A stretch of 61,625 nt of DNA, filler included, from Sanchytrium tribonematis (GCA_018985235.1; 10 parts of 10 records of this genome joined end to end with filler, not necessarily neighbours in it), one strand, 5' to 3'. Shown: positions 9,574-20,329, counted from the whole stretch's first letter. Made by a program: numbers and translations. Notes: a model not told the origin generated them from the sequence alone.

Positions 9574-11037
9574 CTATAAAGAATTCACGTGATTTACAAT
9601 GCAATTTCTAGACGATGAAGAAATCACAATAGATTCTCTAGAATTGGCAGTCCCAAAAGTGAATTTGACATATATGCCTAATAACTCACAATCACACATC
9701 TGGCTGGATGGAATGGTCAAGAAATGTGCATCATTATTATAAAATTCAATTTTATCGCCATAAACATACAATAAATTGATTAACAAGGATTCACACCTAA
9801 TATTATATCTCATAGACCCATAATATGGTAGTTTAGTGATTGCTTTGGCAATATCGTCCACAAAATCAACCTCTTTAACAGCAATTTGTGAAAAGATTTG
9901 TTTGATTTGTGGTTCACTTGTTGGAGTTACTTTTATTAAAGATGACTTGAAGAGTGTTTTATAAAGACTGAGAATGTGATCCGGTAAAGAATGTGCTTTT
10001 GTAGGGACCCACAAACACATTTGAATGAAATAAAGGGTGTCTTTAATATTTGAATTGGTTAATTCAATATTCCAATTACTGCGACGTATAATCCATTTGG
10101 GACTGATGTATTTTAATTGATCTGCGTGGCTCACATGGTCAAAAAAATACTCATCTTCTTTCAATGTTTGGGATTCTCCAGTTTGATCTCGTAAAATAAT
10201 GGCATAATTTTCATTATCAATATCCAACGATTTCATGACGTGCTGCCAGATGTATCTACCAGTGTCATAATTATTAAGATTCAATTTAAAGGGCGTATTA
10301 TTGAAATCAAAAGTGACTGTAAATTCATTTTTAATTTCTTCATATTTAGTGATTTCTATGGAAGATGGACGGTGTAATCTACGTGGTAGATTTCTGACTA
10401 CTCTTAATTTTAATTCATTGATAATCAAGTCGAATTGGCTAGGAGATGCACTATTTAATGTTTGAATGACCATTAATCGAATATCCTCTGTTGTTTTTAA
10501 ACAAGGAAATAGTAATACGAATAAAGCCCAATTGATTTGTAATGCACCATTTCTGTTGTTCATCAATTGTTTAAGCAACTGACAGCATAATTCATTGTTT
10601 AATTCAATGTTATCTTTAACCATTTCCAACATGAGACCACAAATATTAGGTTTTTCGAATGGCTTGACAGTTTTTTCGTATTTTAACATTAATGTGAATA
10701 ATTGAAATGCTTTTTCATCATCATTTGTTTGCTTTAAAAGTGGTTTATCAATTGGATGAGATTGCCAGTTTGGATTGGATCTTTTATGACCATTTAATTT
10801 GATATAGTCATGAAAAGGCGTTTTTAAATCAAATGGGTCATATCGTACTTGTTTATTGTCAATTGGAGGCGGTAAACCCATGTAAATATTCAAAATGGGA
10901 GATAAATCACATGTTATAGAATCATCTGTTTCTATAGAAATATTTGGAGAAGTTGCTGAACGCGGAATTCGAGGAATATTGGGCATTTTGAATGTTTGTA
11001 GTGCTTCTTTACTTTTTGATTTGAACAGAGACGACAT
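9574..11037 (-). CDS. MyTH4-FERM domain protein
   Basis: WQSHPIDKPLL..ELCCQLLKQL..WALF..RLHRPSSIEI (MyTH4), then FERM-like lobes (LPYYGS). Confidence 0.8.
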   Translation of the reverse strand: MSSLFKSKSKEALQTFKMPNIPRIPRSATSPNISIETDDSITCDLSPILNIYMGLPPPIDNKQVRYDPFDLKTPFHDYIKLNGHKRSNPNWQSHPIDKPLLKQTNDDEKAFQLFTLMLKYEKTVKPFEKPNICGLMLEMVKDNIELNNELCCQLLKQLMNNRNGALQINWALFVLLFPCLKTTEDIRLMVIQTLNSASPSQFDLIINELKLRVVRNLPRRLHRPSSIEITKYEEIKNEFTVTFDFNNTPFKLNLNNYDTGRYIWQHVMKSLDIDNENYAIILRDQTGESQTLKEDEYFFDHVSHADQLKYISPKWIIRRSNWNIELTNSNIKDTLYFIQMCLWVPTKAHSLPDHILSLYKTLFKSSLIKVTPTSEPQIKQIFSQIAVKEVDFVDDIAKAITKLPYYGSMRYNIRCESLLINLLYVYGDKIEFYNNDAHFLTIPSSQMCDCELLGIYVKFTFGTANSRESIVISSSSRNCIVNHVNSL

Positions 11038-11305
11038 GAGTAGCTTGCAAGCCACATTTTTTGAATTTTGTTTTCAAAACGCGAAATGGATAACCGAGTG
11101 TATTGACTTAGGGAATTTTGAGATTCAATGTCAATTTTCCATGATTTGGGTTGATGTTTGAAATATGCTTTCTTTCAATTCGTCAATACACGTGTTTTAC
11201 TGTCTTTGGCTTATCTGGAATAACTTACCACGTCAATTGGTGTCAAATAAATTGATATTGATCAAGTGACTCTCCTTTATTGCGCCATCAAATGGTTAAA
11301 AGAGC

Positions 11306-12775
11306 GTGTCTCCACGGAAACACCTTTTAAAAAAATTGATTCTCTCAAGCAATATCAACCCAGATAAGAAGAATCAAATCCTCCAGCTTATTTCGCAGCA
11401 TCTAGAACATGACGCACAATATGATGATCAAGTCATTTTTCATTTGATTTTGAATTTGTATCAAAATGATTTGCCATTTGATGTAGTCTCTAAAATCAAA
11501 GAATTGCTGGATGCCGATTCATTAACCAATCAGTCCTTTCCAACCACTAGTCTGTTGCTCAGTCAACCACAAATTCGTGAGCAAGAACAGCCAGCAGTGA
11601 CAAAAAAGAGAAAATTAGAACCTACTTTGCTAGCCACTAAAGCACAGCCAGCACCACCCACAGCCATGGCAGGTGCACAAGCATTACAAGATGTTGAGAT
11701 GGAAGGACCACCAGATGCATCAGGCACAGCAGGAAATGCATTTTTCTTAAATAGTATCCCAGACGATAAATTAAAAGACCATTATTTAGTCAATGCAGTC
11801 AGCAATAGACAATTTGAAAAGGAAAATAATGTATTTAAATACTCTGATGTGCAAGATAACAAGGGATTACAAGGTGAATTTAAATATGTTAAAATTTATG
11901 TCCCAAAATCTGACACATTAGCCGATTTACCAGTTACAGAATTGAATCCCATGTCAGATTATGTATTCTTTAATCAATTATCTGATTTGACCAATGATTT
12001 ACACGGGAATATAGCCATGTTATACGTACATGGTTTCAACACCAGTTTAAAGAATTCTTCATTTTATGCAGCTAGACTTCAATATTTGCAACAGTGTGAA
12101 TTAGACACATATTTATTTGATTGGGCATGTCCAATGCGATTAAATAGAGATGCATTTACTGCTAAATCAGATTATGTAGAATGCAAGAATAGAATCTCAA
12201 ATAATGATATTTTACAGCAATTATATGATTTACTCAAAGTAATATTGGGTAAATATGATAAAGTATTGATTGTGTGTCATTCTATGGGCTGTCATTTGTT
12301 TACTAAAATGTTGAATCGGTTTCAAATTTTGTTTGAAAAATTACCTATTTTAAAAATGAAATTGATTTATTTTGCTGGAAATGTACCTGTGAAGGATGCG
12401 AGTGCATTATTCAATGCAAATCAAGTGGATATTATCAATAGATATAATCCTGGATTCACTTTATTAACAGGAGATTTGATTTTGAGTATGGCTACGGTGA
12501 TTGAATTGGGGACATTGCAAGCTGGTAGGAACATGATGGAGCATTGGAGAAACATCAAAAAGCCTGATAATGCTGTAAAATATGGAAGCCATTCCTATTT
12601 ATTGGATCGTCTTTGTTGGGAGCCATTTTTGATCAATCACAAAAATTATTTCTTTGGAGTGGATTTACAAGATCAAGTGTTTTCTAGTCAATTGAGTAGT
12701 TATTTGAAAGTACATTGTAAATTGGCAGATGTGATTCCATTAAAAGAAGAAGATTTGAAAATAAACAAGGAATAA
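11306..12775 (+). CDS. Alpha/beta hydrolase, DUF900-like, with N-terminal extension
   Basis: LYVHGFN, FDW and CHSMG nucleophile elbow; start uncertain. Confidence 0.75.
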   Translation: MSPRKHLLKKLILSSNINPDKKNQILQLISQHLEHDAQYDDQVIFHLILNLYQNDLPFDVVSKIKELLDADSLTNQSFPTTSLLLSQPQIREQEQPAVTKKRKLEPTLLATKAQPAPPTAMAGAQALQDVEMEGPPDASGTAGNAFFLNSIPDDKLKDHYLVNAVSNRQFEKENNVFKYSDVQDNKGLQGEFKYVKIYVPKSDTLADLPVTELNPMSDYVFFNQLSDLTNDLHGNIAMLYVHGFNTSLKNSSFYAARLQYLQQCELDTYLFDWACPMRLNRDAFTAKSDYVECKNRISNNDILQQLYDLLKVILGKYDKVLIVCHSMGCHLFTKMLNRFQILFEKLPILKMKLIYFAGNVPVKDASALFNANQVDIINRYNPGFTLLTGDLILSMATVIELGTLQAGRNMMEHWRNIKKPDNAVKYGSHSYLLDRLCWEPFLINHKNYFFGVDLQDQVFSSQLSSYLKVHCKLADVIPLKEEDLKINKE

Positions 12776-12776
12776 A

Positions 12777-13730
12777 TTAGTGAATATACTTTATTTGACG
12801 TGTTTGGTAGTCTATAAAACAAATATTTGTCAATTGGTTCTGTTTAATGACATTTTTAATGGCAAGGGAACCTTTTAAATGGCTTGCAAATGTGGGAATT
12901 ATCTTAAAATCTTTGTAATTGATAAATAATGCATTTTGGAGGGTATGTCGATGATTTGTAGATTGTATATTCTTAATATTGTGGATATAATTGTACATTT
13001 TATGGGATTTGTTGACTAAATCCAAAATATCTTTTTTACGAAAATGACTGGATTTTGTTTCTAATAAATAAAGATACTTTGTATCATTCTGTGTGGCAGC
13101 AATAATGCCATCAAATTCTTTTGAAATGTATATACTTTGTTGATTGACTTGAGAAATGGCACCAGGGAGAATTTCAGTTTTAAAATTCATATTTTGTAAA
13201 TGTTTTGTGAAAATATGTTTGATTTCATGCTCAAATAGGACACCCTGTGCATTTTCTATACGACTATTGATAATGTTTTTACAATAAATGACATCTGGGT
13301 GATTATTTTGATAATTTTTAAAATATGAATTTGTGGCCAATTTTAACAGATGTAGCTTATAATAATAAAATTTAGCAAGCCATAATTGATCAGAATGTTT
13401 AATATCTGTATAAATTCGAATTAAAATGGACTCAATGCCATTTTTAAGTGTTTGTTGTTTTGTGTGTGCTTCATGACTTTCTATTACATATTTGACACTT
13501 TGATCAATATCCTGTTGTATATTGGATAGTATAGATGTCGTTATTACTGTTTGGGGTGATTTATAAATAAGATTAAAGTAGTTTTGGGTGATTTTTAATA
13601 AATTCTGCTTTTTGCCATATTCTTTACTGGATATTCCAAATATGTTGAATAATATAGGTAATTTTAATATGATTTTGGGTTCTTTGGATGCCTTGGGTGC
13701 TTTCTTTAACAGAGTTCTACTCGAGAACAT
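12777..13730 (-). CDS. PD-(D/E)XK nuclease-like protein with mitochondrial-type presequence
   Basis: GVLFE..EFDGII..LYLLETKS; basic N-terminus MFSSRTLLKK. Confidence 0.55.
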   Translation of the reverse strand: MFSSRTLLKKAPKASKEPKIILKLPILFNIFGISSKEYGKKQNLLKITQNYFNLIYKSPQTVITTSILSNIQQDIDQSVKYVIESHEAHTKQQTLKNGIESILIRIYTDIKHSDQLWLAKFYYYKLHLLKLATNSYFKNYQNNHPDVIYCKNIINSRIENAQGVLFEHEIKHIFTKHLQNMNFKTEILPGAISQVNQQSIYISKEFDGIIAATQNDTKYLYLLETKSSHFRKKDILDLVNKSHKMYNYIHNIKNIQSTNHRHTLQNALFINYKDFKIIPTFASHLKGSLAIKNVIKQNQLTNICFIDYQTRQIKYIH

Positions 13731-13771
13731 CAAGGGGATTCTCCAAAATTTGCAAATATTTTTCAAAACAA

Positions 13772-14443
13772 ATGACCACTGCTTTTGACATCAACACATT
13801 GCCAATGATTGAACCAGTTCCACAAGATGCAGATACAAATGAATCCATTTTACATTTTTATCATTTATCTGTGAAATATGCACCCGTAGATTTAATGATT
13901 TCTCATCATTTTGCCAAATTAGCCACTTGTCATCACAGTAATTCATCATCCGTCATTTATAGTCACGCTATGCAATGGTACAATCTGTTAAAATATGTGA
14001 TTTATCAAGAATATAGTGAGACTGAGCAAACTCACATTTTTCAATCCTACTTTAAAGAATCTAAATTTAAACAAATCCCACACTCATTTAAACAACATGT
14101 TCCTATTTATACACCCCCACATCATTTATTAGCAAAGAAATCCACTCATTGTGCTGTTAAAATCAAATCTACACCCAAACAACTATTAAATGATTTAATG
14201 GATTCTTATCATTTAAATGTGCTCATGCCTGTGAAATACGATGCTAGATATGAATGTGTTGTGTATACAGAAAATATTAAGCCAGTTAGACCCTTACCCA
14301 TTGGCATTTACAAGAATCCACTGACAAATGAAGAATTTAATTTATTGAATTTGATTTCATTTTACAAATCTGCAATGCAATTATTAACAACAGACAAGAA
14401 AAGAAAGAGACCCAATGAAGAATTAATGGATTTTGATGAATAA
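13772..14443 (+). CDS. Hypothetical protein with C-terminal NLS-like KKRKRP
   Basis: ORF; probable ATG at 13772. Confidence 0.6.
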   Translation: MTTAFDINTLPMIEPVPQDADTNESILHFYHLSVKYAPVDLMISHHFAKLATCHHSNSSSVIYSHAMQWYNLLKYVIYQEYSETEQTHIFQSYFKESKFKQIPHSFKQHVPIYTPPHHLLAKKSTHCAVKIKSTPKQLLNDLMDSYHLNVLMPVKYDARYECVVYTENIKPVRPLPIGIYKNPLTNEEFNLLNLISFYKSAMQLLTTDKKRKRPNEELMDFDE

Positions 14444-14448
14444 ATTTA

Positions 14449-16389
14449 TTAAAATGTCTCTATAGATTCAAAATGATCATAAATCAAATCTGCTAATTCA
14501 AACAAAGACTCTTCTTGCTGCATTAAAATGGCTTTAGTATCTAATTTTTGAGTTTTAATGCCTATTTCATTCATATAATTCAATATAATCATGAAATTAT
14601 TACGAATTTGTAATTTATATTTTGCATTTTTGTAATAACTATTTTGATATCTAGGAGGCAATTCGGATTGACTTAATTCTTGTAAAAGATATAATAATGC
14701 ATTATTATCTAATAATTCACTTAAATCTTTGATAATAACACCATGGATACTCGTATATTTGTTGATAAATGATAAATAAGGACGTTGTTGATTTGAAGTA
14801 ACTTTTAATTCGTTAAATTCATATCTTTTGTCACTCGGTATGGAATAATGGTTGATGATTTCATTGACAGTGTTGGATTCTAATGATCTATCACTGGAAG
14901 CATCAGAATTCTCAGATTCACTTTCAGATTCACTAGAATTGCTTTCAGAATCACTGGAATCGTGTTTCGAATCTATTTGCCGAGTCGGCAAAGTGGGCGT
15001 GGGAAATGGCGATGGTTGTTTGATTTGAGTGCCCTGTAATGCATCATCAACAGTTTTAACAACTTGAACTGGTTTGAGGACATCTGTATCGAAAATAGTG
15101 TATTTTAACAAGGCAGATTTCCAAATTAGAAATGTATTGTGTTTTTCAAATAGAATCACATATTCATCAGATTGATCTAATATCTTGAGATAATAATGAT
15201 TTAAAGTAATATTCACTTCTTCTATTTTGACGAGTGGGTTTAATCTGATGTGGAATTTGGAAATATCATTTGCAAAAATGTATAAATGGGATTTCTCAAG
15301 TACAAATAGACGCTTTTTAAATGATTTGATGCCTAGTGTAGTCTCCATTAGTTTGAGATGATCTTGTAAGTCAATATTCTTTAGTTTATCAATTCTGGTG
15401 ATGTCTGGATAAAATTCAATTTGATGCATTGAATTTGGTCTATTTTGAATGGATTCTTCATGTTCATCGGAACTAGATGGTTCTGAATCTTGTATTTCAT
15501 TAGTAGGATCATTAAATGCTTCTGAAAATGAGATGGATTGTTCGCTATTTGTTGGGCTGCGAATTGGGCTATTGGCGGGGCTATTTTCAGCCATATTTGC
15601 ATTTGCCGGAATTTCAATGACTGTTTGTTTATCGTCTGGTTCTGAATCAGAATCATTTGGCTGGATATTCTTGTATTTAGTGACTAATTTGTTGATTTGG
15701 TTGTATATTTGCAATCGTTTTCCGAGTGCAGTCACTCCAATTTCCTTTAAATTATCAATATTCAACTGCAATAAGACATCCCCACTAATCTCATTCTCTC
15801 TGAATTCTTTTTCATAATCAAAATGATGATTTTGAAGCCACTCACAAACTTGATCACATGTCCAATTAGATGGATGTTTTGGCAATTTGAGACTTGATTT
15901 CTTCTTTTTAAAGTTCTTTGGTTTAGAATCCAGCTTCACAGTGTCATTAATAAAAAAAGAATGTTCTTTAGATTCCATGCAATCAATAGAATCCATAGAT
16001 GGCGTCGATTTGATGCTTTTACGTACATTAGATTGTCTAGAAGGTGCTTTAGATACAATTGAATTGGGTCTAGTGGATACAGGTGTCTCTACAGGTGTCG
16101 TAGCTGGTGAATCATCAAAATCTGATTCAATCTTCTTTTTACTTTGTCCTTTTATAATCTGTTCTAATTTGGATTTTGATTTTAATTGCTCTACTCTCTT
16201 TAATCCATCTGTATAATTAACTGGAAATAGCCCTGATTTCCCACTCGTCTTGCCAGTCCACCAGCCATCATTAAATTTCCCATCATCTTCAATTACTAAT
16301 ATTGTCTCATTTCTTCTAAATGATAATTCATCTTTATCTTTTGCTTCATAGTTATACAATGCTTTCACTATAGATGGAATTTGTTGCAT
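14449..16389 (-). CDS. SH3-SAM-PH polarity scaffold (Boi1/Boi2/Pob1-like) with CH-like C-terminus
   Basis: ALYNYEA..ELSF..GWW..GLFPVNY (SH3); WTCDQVCEWL..ISGDVLLQL..LGKR (SAM); FKKRLFVL (PH). Confidence 0.85.
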   Translation of the reverse strand: MQQIPSIVKALYNYEAKDKDELSFRRNETILVIEDDGKFNDGWWTGKTSGKSGLFPVNYTDGLKRVEQLKSKSKLEQIIKGQSKKKIESDFDDSPATTPVETPVSTRPNSIVSKAPSRQSNVRKSIKSTPSMDSIDCMESKEHSFFINDTVKLDSKPKNFKKKKSSLKLPKHPSNWTCDQVCEWLQNHHFDYEKEFRENEISGDVLLQLNIDNLKEIGVTALGKRLQIYNQINKLVTKYKNIQPNDSDSEPDDKQTVIEIPANANMAENSPANSPIRSPTNSEQSISFSEAFNDPTNEIQDSEPSSSDEHEESIQNRPNSMHQIEFYPDITRIDKLKNIDLQDHLKLMETTLGIKSFKKRLFVLEKSHLYIFANDISKFHIRLNPLVKIEEVNITLNHYYLKILDQSDEYVILFEKHNTFLIWKSALLKYTIFDTDVLKPVQVVKTVDDALQGTQIKQPSPFPTPTLPTRQIDSKHDSSDSESNSSESESESENSDASSDRSLESNTVNEIINHYSIPSDKRYEFNELKVTSNQQRPYLSFINKYTSIHGVIIKDLSELLDNNALLYLLQELSQSELPPRYQNSYYKNAKYKLQIRNNFMIILNYMNEIGIKTQKLDTKAILMQQEESLFELADLIYDHFESIETF

Positions 16390-16625
16390 CGTTGGATTCT
16401 TTTTGGAAATAGAGGGTAAGACAAAACAACCCCGTGTGTATTTTAGTACCGTCTAAAACAGCGTGATTTTATATTGTCGTACATGTATGACATGTACTTT
16501 AATGTACTCGACAAATTTAATAGTGATTGGATCCCCAATGATCACATGTTGACACCAATGATCACAAAATAGAGTACAGAATCACAGAAGGACTATTTAA
16601 ATGGACTCATCCCTCCATTACATAA

Positions 16626-17657
16626 ATGCAATTGTATCTATTTGTATTATTAGCTATAGTATCTGCTAGTGACCCTCAACCATGGTTTAAACAAACCGTC
16701 GCTTTTAGCAACAAAGAGTTGACTGCATTGAATTCTGTACAAGAGGAAGTCAGAAATGAATTGATCGAAAATTTGAAAAAACATAGCACTCCACGCACTG
16801 AGGCTGAAAAAAAAGGACTAGCAAAAGCGATTGAAAATATCAAAGGACTAGACTCTGTAGCATTACTGAATGAAGCCAAGATTGTATTGGAAGACACAGA
16901 ACTCTTGGCCCACCTTCAAAAGACAACAGATGCAAATCAAATTTATTTAACTAATCAATTAAAATATCAAAACGCTTTCAAGGCATACGAGGATAAGCTA
17001 CGTACAATTGCAGAAATTGCAGAAACTTCAGATGCTGATTTGATGGAATTAGAAAAAAAGGCAGGAGAGAAAAATCTTGCCAAATTTACTGAGGCAAATA
17101 TTGCATTTGAAACAGAAGTTAATACTATCTATAAAGATATTGCCAAAACAGCTGACGACGAAACAATTAAATTGCTTAAGAGTCATCCAGGTGTTGCAGA
17201 TTTGGTAGGATTAGAAGCAGATGAGGCGCAAAAATTGAAAAATTTGAAGACGCTAGAGGCTCGTTTCAAAGCCAATCAGCTTACACAAGAACAAGCAGCT
17301 CAAGTCAAGTCATTTTTGGAAGCTGACCTCAGTCAAAGAAAATCGTATGCGCTTCTTTTTGAGGAAGTCGGAAATGGATTTAAAAAAGGAACTCAAGCAG
17401 CTGAAAACGTACTGACAAAAGGCACTCAGGGAAAATTTGCATCTGCAATTGAAAGGAACAAGTTTGGTGCATTGGCAGCAGCTGCTATTCTGGGTGCTGG
17501 AATTGGTGCTGTTGCAATGTCTGGAAAGAGAGATACTCCATATGGCATATTGTCAAATGGACAACCAGCTGGTGCAGATAAATCTAGAGTAGAGCAACAA
17601 TCAGGTCAATCAGGACAACAACCATCTACCAATCAATCTGTACCACCAGCTCAATAA
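16626..17657 (+). CDS. Secreted single-TM family 'GAD-RV' member 3
   Basis: MQLYLFVLLAIVSA..PWF; TM LAAAAILGAGIGAVAM; tail YGILSNGQPAGADKSRV. Confidence 0.8.
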   Translation: MQLYLFVLLAIVSASDPQPWFKQTVAFSNKELTALNSVQEEVRNELIENLKKHSTPRTEAEKKGLAKAIENIKGLDSVALLNEAKIVLEDTELLAHLQKTTDANQIYLTNQLKYQNAFKAYEDKLRTIAEIAETSDADLMELEKKAGEKNLAKFTEANIAFETEVNTIYKDIAKTADDETIKLLKSHPGVADLVGLEADEAQKLKNLKTLEARFKANQLTQEQAAQVKSFLEADLSQRKSYALLFEEVGNGFKKGTQAAENVLTKGTQGKFASAIERNKFGALAAAAILGAGIGAVAMSGKRDTPYGILSNGQPAGADKSRVEQQSGQSGQQPSTNQSVPPAQ

Positions 17658-17754
17658 ATATTTAGTAAAATCAATAAAATACAAATATTTTTTTTCACGT
17701 GTTTTTATCCAATCAGTGATTGTCAATGTGAAATGAATTCTCCCTCAAACACAA

Positions 17755-18721
17755 ATGTCTTCAACTGCTCAAGCTGCTCCTGCAAAGAATAATGACCAAA
17801 CAGTCAAATTCTTTAAAGATTTAGCTATTGGTGGCACTGCTGGTGGTATCTCAAAGACCATAGTAGCCCCAATTGAGAGAGTGAAATTATTATTACAAGT
17901 GCAACACGCATCCACTCAAATTGCAAAAGATCAACAATACAAAGGTATTTTTGATGCTTTTAAAAGAATCCCTGCAGAACAAGGTATGATTTCATTCTGG
18001 AGAGGTAATTTGGCCAATGTGATTCGATATTTCCCAACTCAAGCATTAAATTTCGCATTTAAAGACAAATACAAGCAAATATTCGTCAGACATAAGCCAT
18101 CTGAAGATTTCTGGAAGTTCTTTGCTGGTAATTTGGCATCTGGTGGTGCTGCAGGTGCTACATCTCTCTTATTCGTGTATCCATTGGATTTTGCACGTAC
18201 CCGTTTGGGTGCTGATGTAGGTAAGGGTGCTACTCGTCAATATAATGGATTAGTGGACTGTATCTCCAAAACAGCCAAAAAAGATGGTTTCTTTGGTCTT
18301 TACAGAGGATTTGGTGTTTCTGTCATTGGAATCATCGTCTATAGAGCTGCCTTCTTTGGTGGATATGACACAGCTAAGCACGTCTTTTTAAAAGATCCTA
18401 AAAATGCTCCATTTTGGCAAAATTGGATTATTGCGCAAACTGTGACAACAATGAGTGGATTTGTTTCTTATCCATTTGACACTGTCAGAAGAAGAATGAT
18501 GATGCAAGCAGGTAGAGCTGATGTGCTTTACAAGTCCACCTGGGATTGTTGGATGAAGATTTTAAGCCAAGAAGGTCCAAGTGCATTTTTCAAGGGGTAT
18601 TTCGTATTTATTTAGTGCTTTGAGTAATGTATTGCGTGGTAGTGGTGCTGCATTAGTGTTGGTCATTTATGATGAAATTCAAAAGTTAATGGGATTGGAA
18701 GGAGGCGCAGGAGGAGAATAA
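17755..18721 (+). CDS. AAC: ADP/ATP carrier (join 17755..18596,18616..18721)
   Basis: RRRMMM signature, [12 protein letters not shown]; spliced end [25 protein letters not shown]. Confidence 0.97.
18597..18615 (+). other. 19-nt spliceosomal intron GTATTTCGTATTTATTTAG
   Basis: Removal restores the conserved KGA.SNVLRG of AAC helix 6. Confidence 0.93.
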
Positions 18722-18784
18722 ATGAATTTTATTATTTGATTTACTATTACACATCCATATGTGGTAGAACCAACATGATACTCT

Positions 18785-18812
18785 GCTACTAGTGGACATG
18801 CAACAGCAACAG
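18785..18812 (+). repeat. 28-nt dispersed repeat, inverted copy at 23928-23955
   Basis: GCTACTAGTGGACATGCAACAGCAACAG, exact on the opposite strand at the contig end. Confidence 0.85.
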
Positions 18813-18869
18813 CAACAGAAAACACCAAATTAAAACAACATTAAAAATAAATTTATTTCATTTTTCACT

Positions 18870-19710
18870 CTACTGGCTCATTAATTGATAAAACTGACTT
18901 CTTTTTGCATCAGAGACTGTCAAATCATATAGAATATCACTTCTTTGCTTCGAATCTACTTGCAATTTACTAGATAATCTCATTAATCCAATTTGGATCC
19001 ATTTGCAATTTGGCTCTAATTCATTTAATTCTTGCAATTGGGAATATTGGAGGGATAAAGCATCATAAATGGATATATTCTGAATATCTGAGATGCTGAT
19101 CAAGTATAAATAATAAAACCATGCAGATTGATCACGTGGATCAGAGTAAAAACAGGTAGTTATTAATGGAATATCCTGTAATATTAATGGCATTATGTCA
19201 TGAATTGGTTTTAATGCATTTATGATTTTATATCTCCAATGCCACGCAGAATAATTGCTGAAATTTGATTTTATTTGATTTGCTGTAAATTCAAATTCTT
19301 GCAATAAAATGGGAATATTGGAATATAAATCAGGATATTGTTTGATTAATAGTCTTTTACGATAATCCCATACATGAAAATTACGACAATCCTTCTTTAA
19401 ATAGAAATCTATCAATTTAAATTCATTTTGCCAAATATTTTGCAAATCCATTTCATTAATGCACCATAATCTATGATTCCATGTCCAATAACTCTTTGGT
19501 TGAGTGGAAATGACTGTAATTAACCATTTTAATTCCTCATTATAGTCAAATTGGGTGGATTGGATCATCATTCTTCTTTCATTCCATAAAGTATAATTTG
19601 ATTTGTAGTAATAATTGATTATTTTTGAGTGATTTATCTTTTTCATAGTCAATTAATAGTTGATTGTATTCGGCAATGGTCGTAGAGCCATCAAATTGAA
19701 AATGTTGCAT
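18870..19710 (-). CDS. BET4: Rab geranylgeranyltransferase alpha subunit (frameshift near 19600)
   Basis: PFTA repeats YTLWNERR, KSYWTWNHR, RNFHVWDYR, SNYSAWH; DPRDQSAWFY; N-terminal helix in a different frame. Confidence 0.85.
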
Positions 19711-19857
19711 TTCTTTCACGGAGAGAAGCGACGATTTTTGCAAATTGGAACAAAGAAACAAGGGCCATATTTCTTTGATTTTCGACTTATTGATTGCTCC
19801 ATAATTCCAAGTCTCTCAAGAATTTGTTTATTAAGGTATTTCAACTTTTTAATCGGA

Positions 19858-20172
19858 TCACGAACAAGTTACTGGTATTTTGTTCTTGGTGTTAAACTTT
19901 AATATCCTTTTTGGTTTGTATTGATCATCTTTCTTTTCCAAGGATACTCTCGTTAAAACATTTTTATCATGTGTGACTTCTAATTTGTGCGAAAATTGAA
20001 ATTTAACCCAATTTTTCTTTTTGATTTGCAACTCATAAACTTGGTCTTCAAACTTATATATGGTGGCGTTTCTCTCACCGATGTTTAATGTAACGTCTAA
20101 TGTCGAGTCACTGTCAGGCGTACAGGTAATGCTCACTTGAATGCCAATTAAAATTGCAATAAAATAAAACAT
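19858..20172 (-). CDS. Hypothetical small secreted protein
   Basis: MFYFIAILIGIQVSI signal-like. Confidence 0.45.
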   Translation of the reverse strand: MFYFIAILIGIQVSITCTPDSDSTLDVTLNIGERNATIYKFEDQVYELQIKKKNWVKFQFSHKLEVTHDKNVLTRVSLEKKDDQYKPKRILKFNTKNKIPVTCS

Positions 20173-20329
20173 TATCTGTTGGCGGTATTTGTTTACCTTA
20201 AAATAGTAGATACCCGGGTACATTCATCACATCAGACCTATTTTTAATCACAATGTCACCTATCAGACATTTGTGCGTCATCGAATCCGTCCATTTGGAG
20301 CGTGATACAAAATTCAAGGGTGAAACAGC

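Noticed and set aside
13061..13077. 17-nt GT..AG segment on the minus strand
   Set aside because: It encodes the YLYLLE strand leading into the nuclease ExK motif; removal would break the frame
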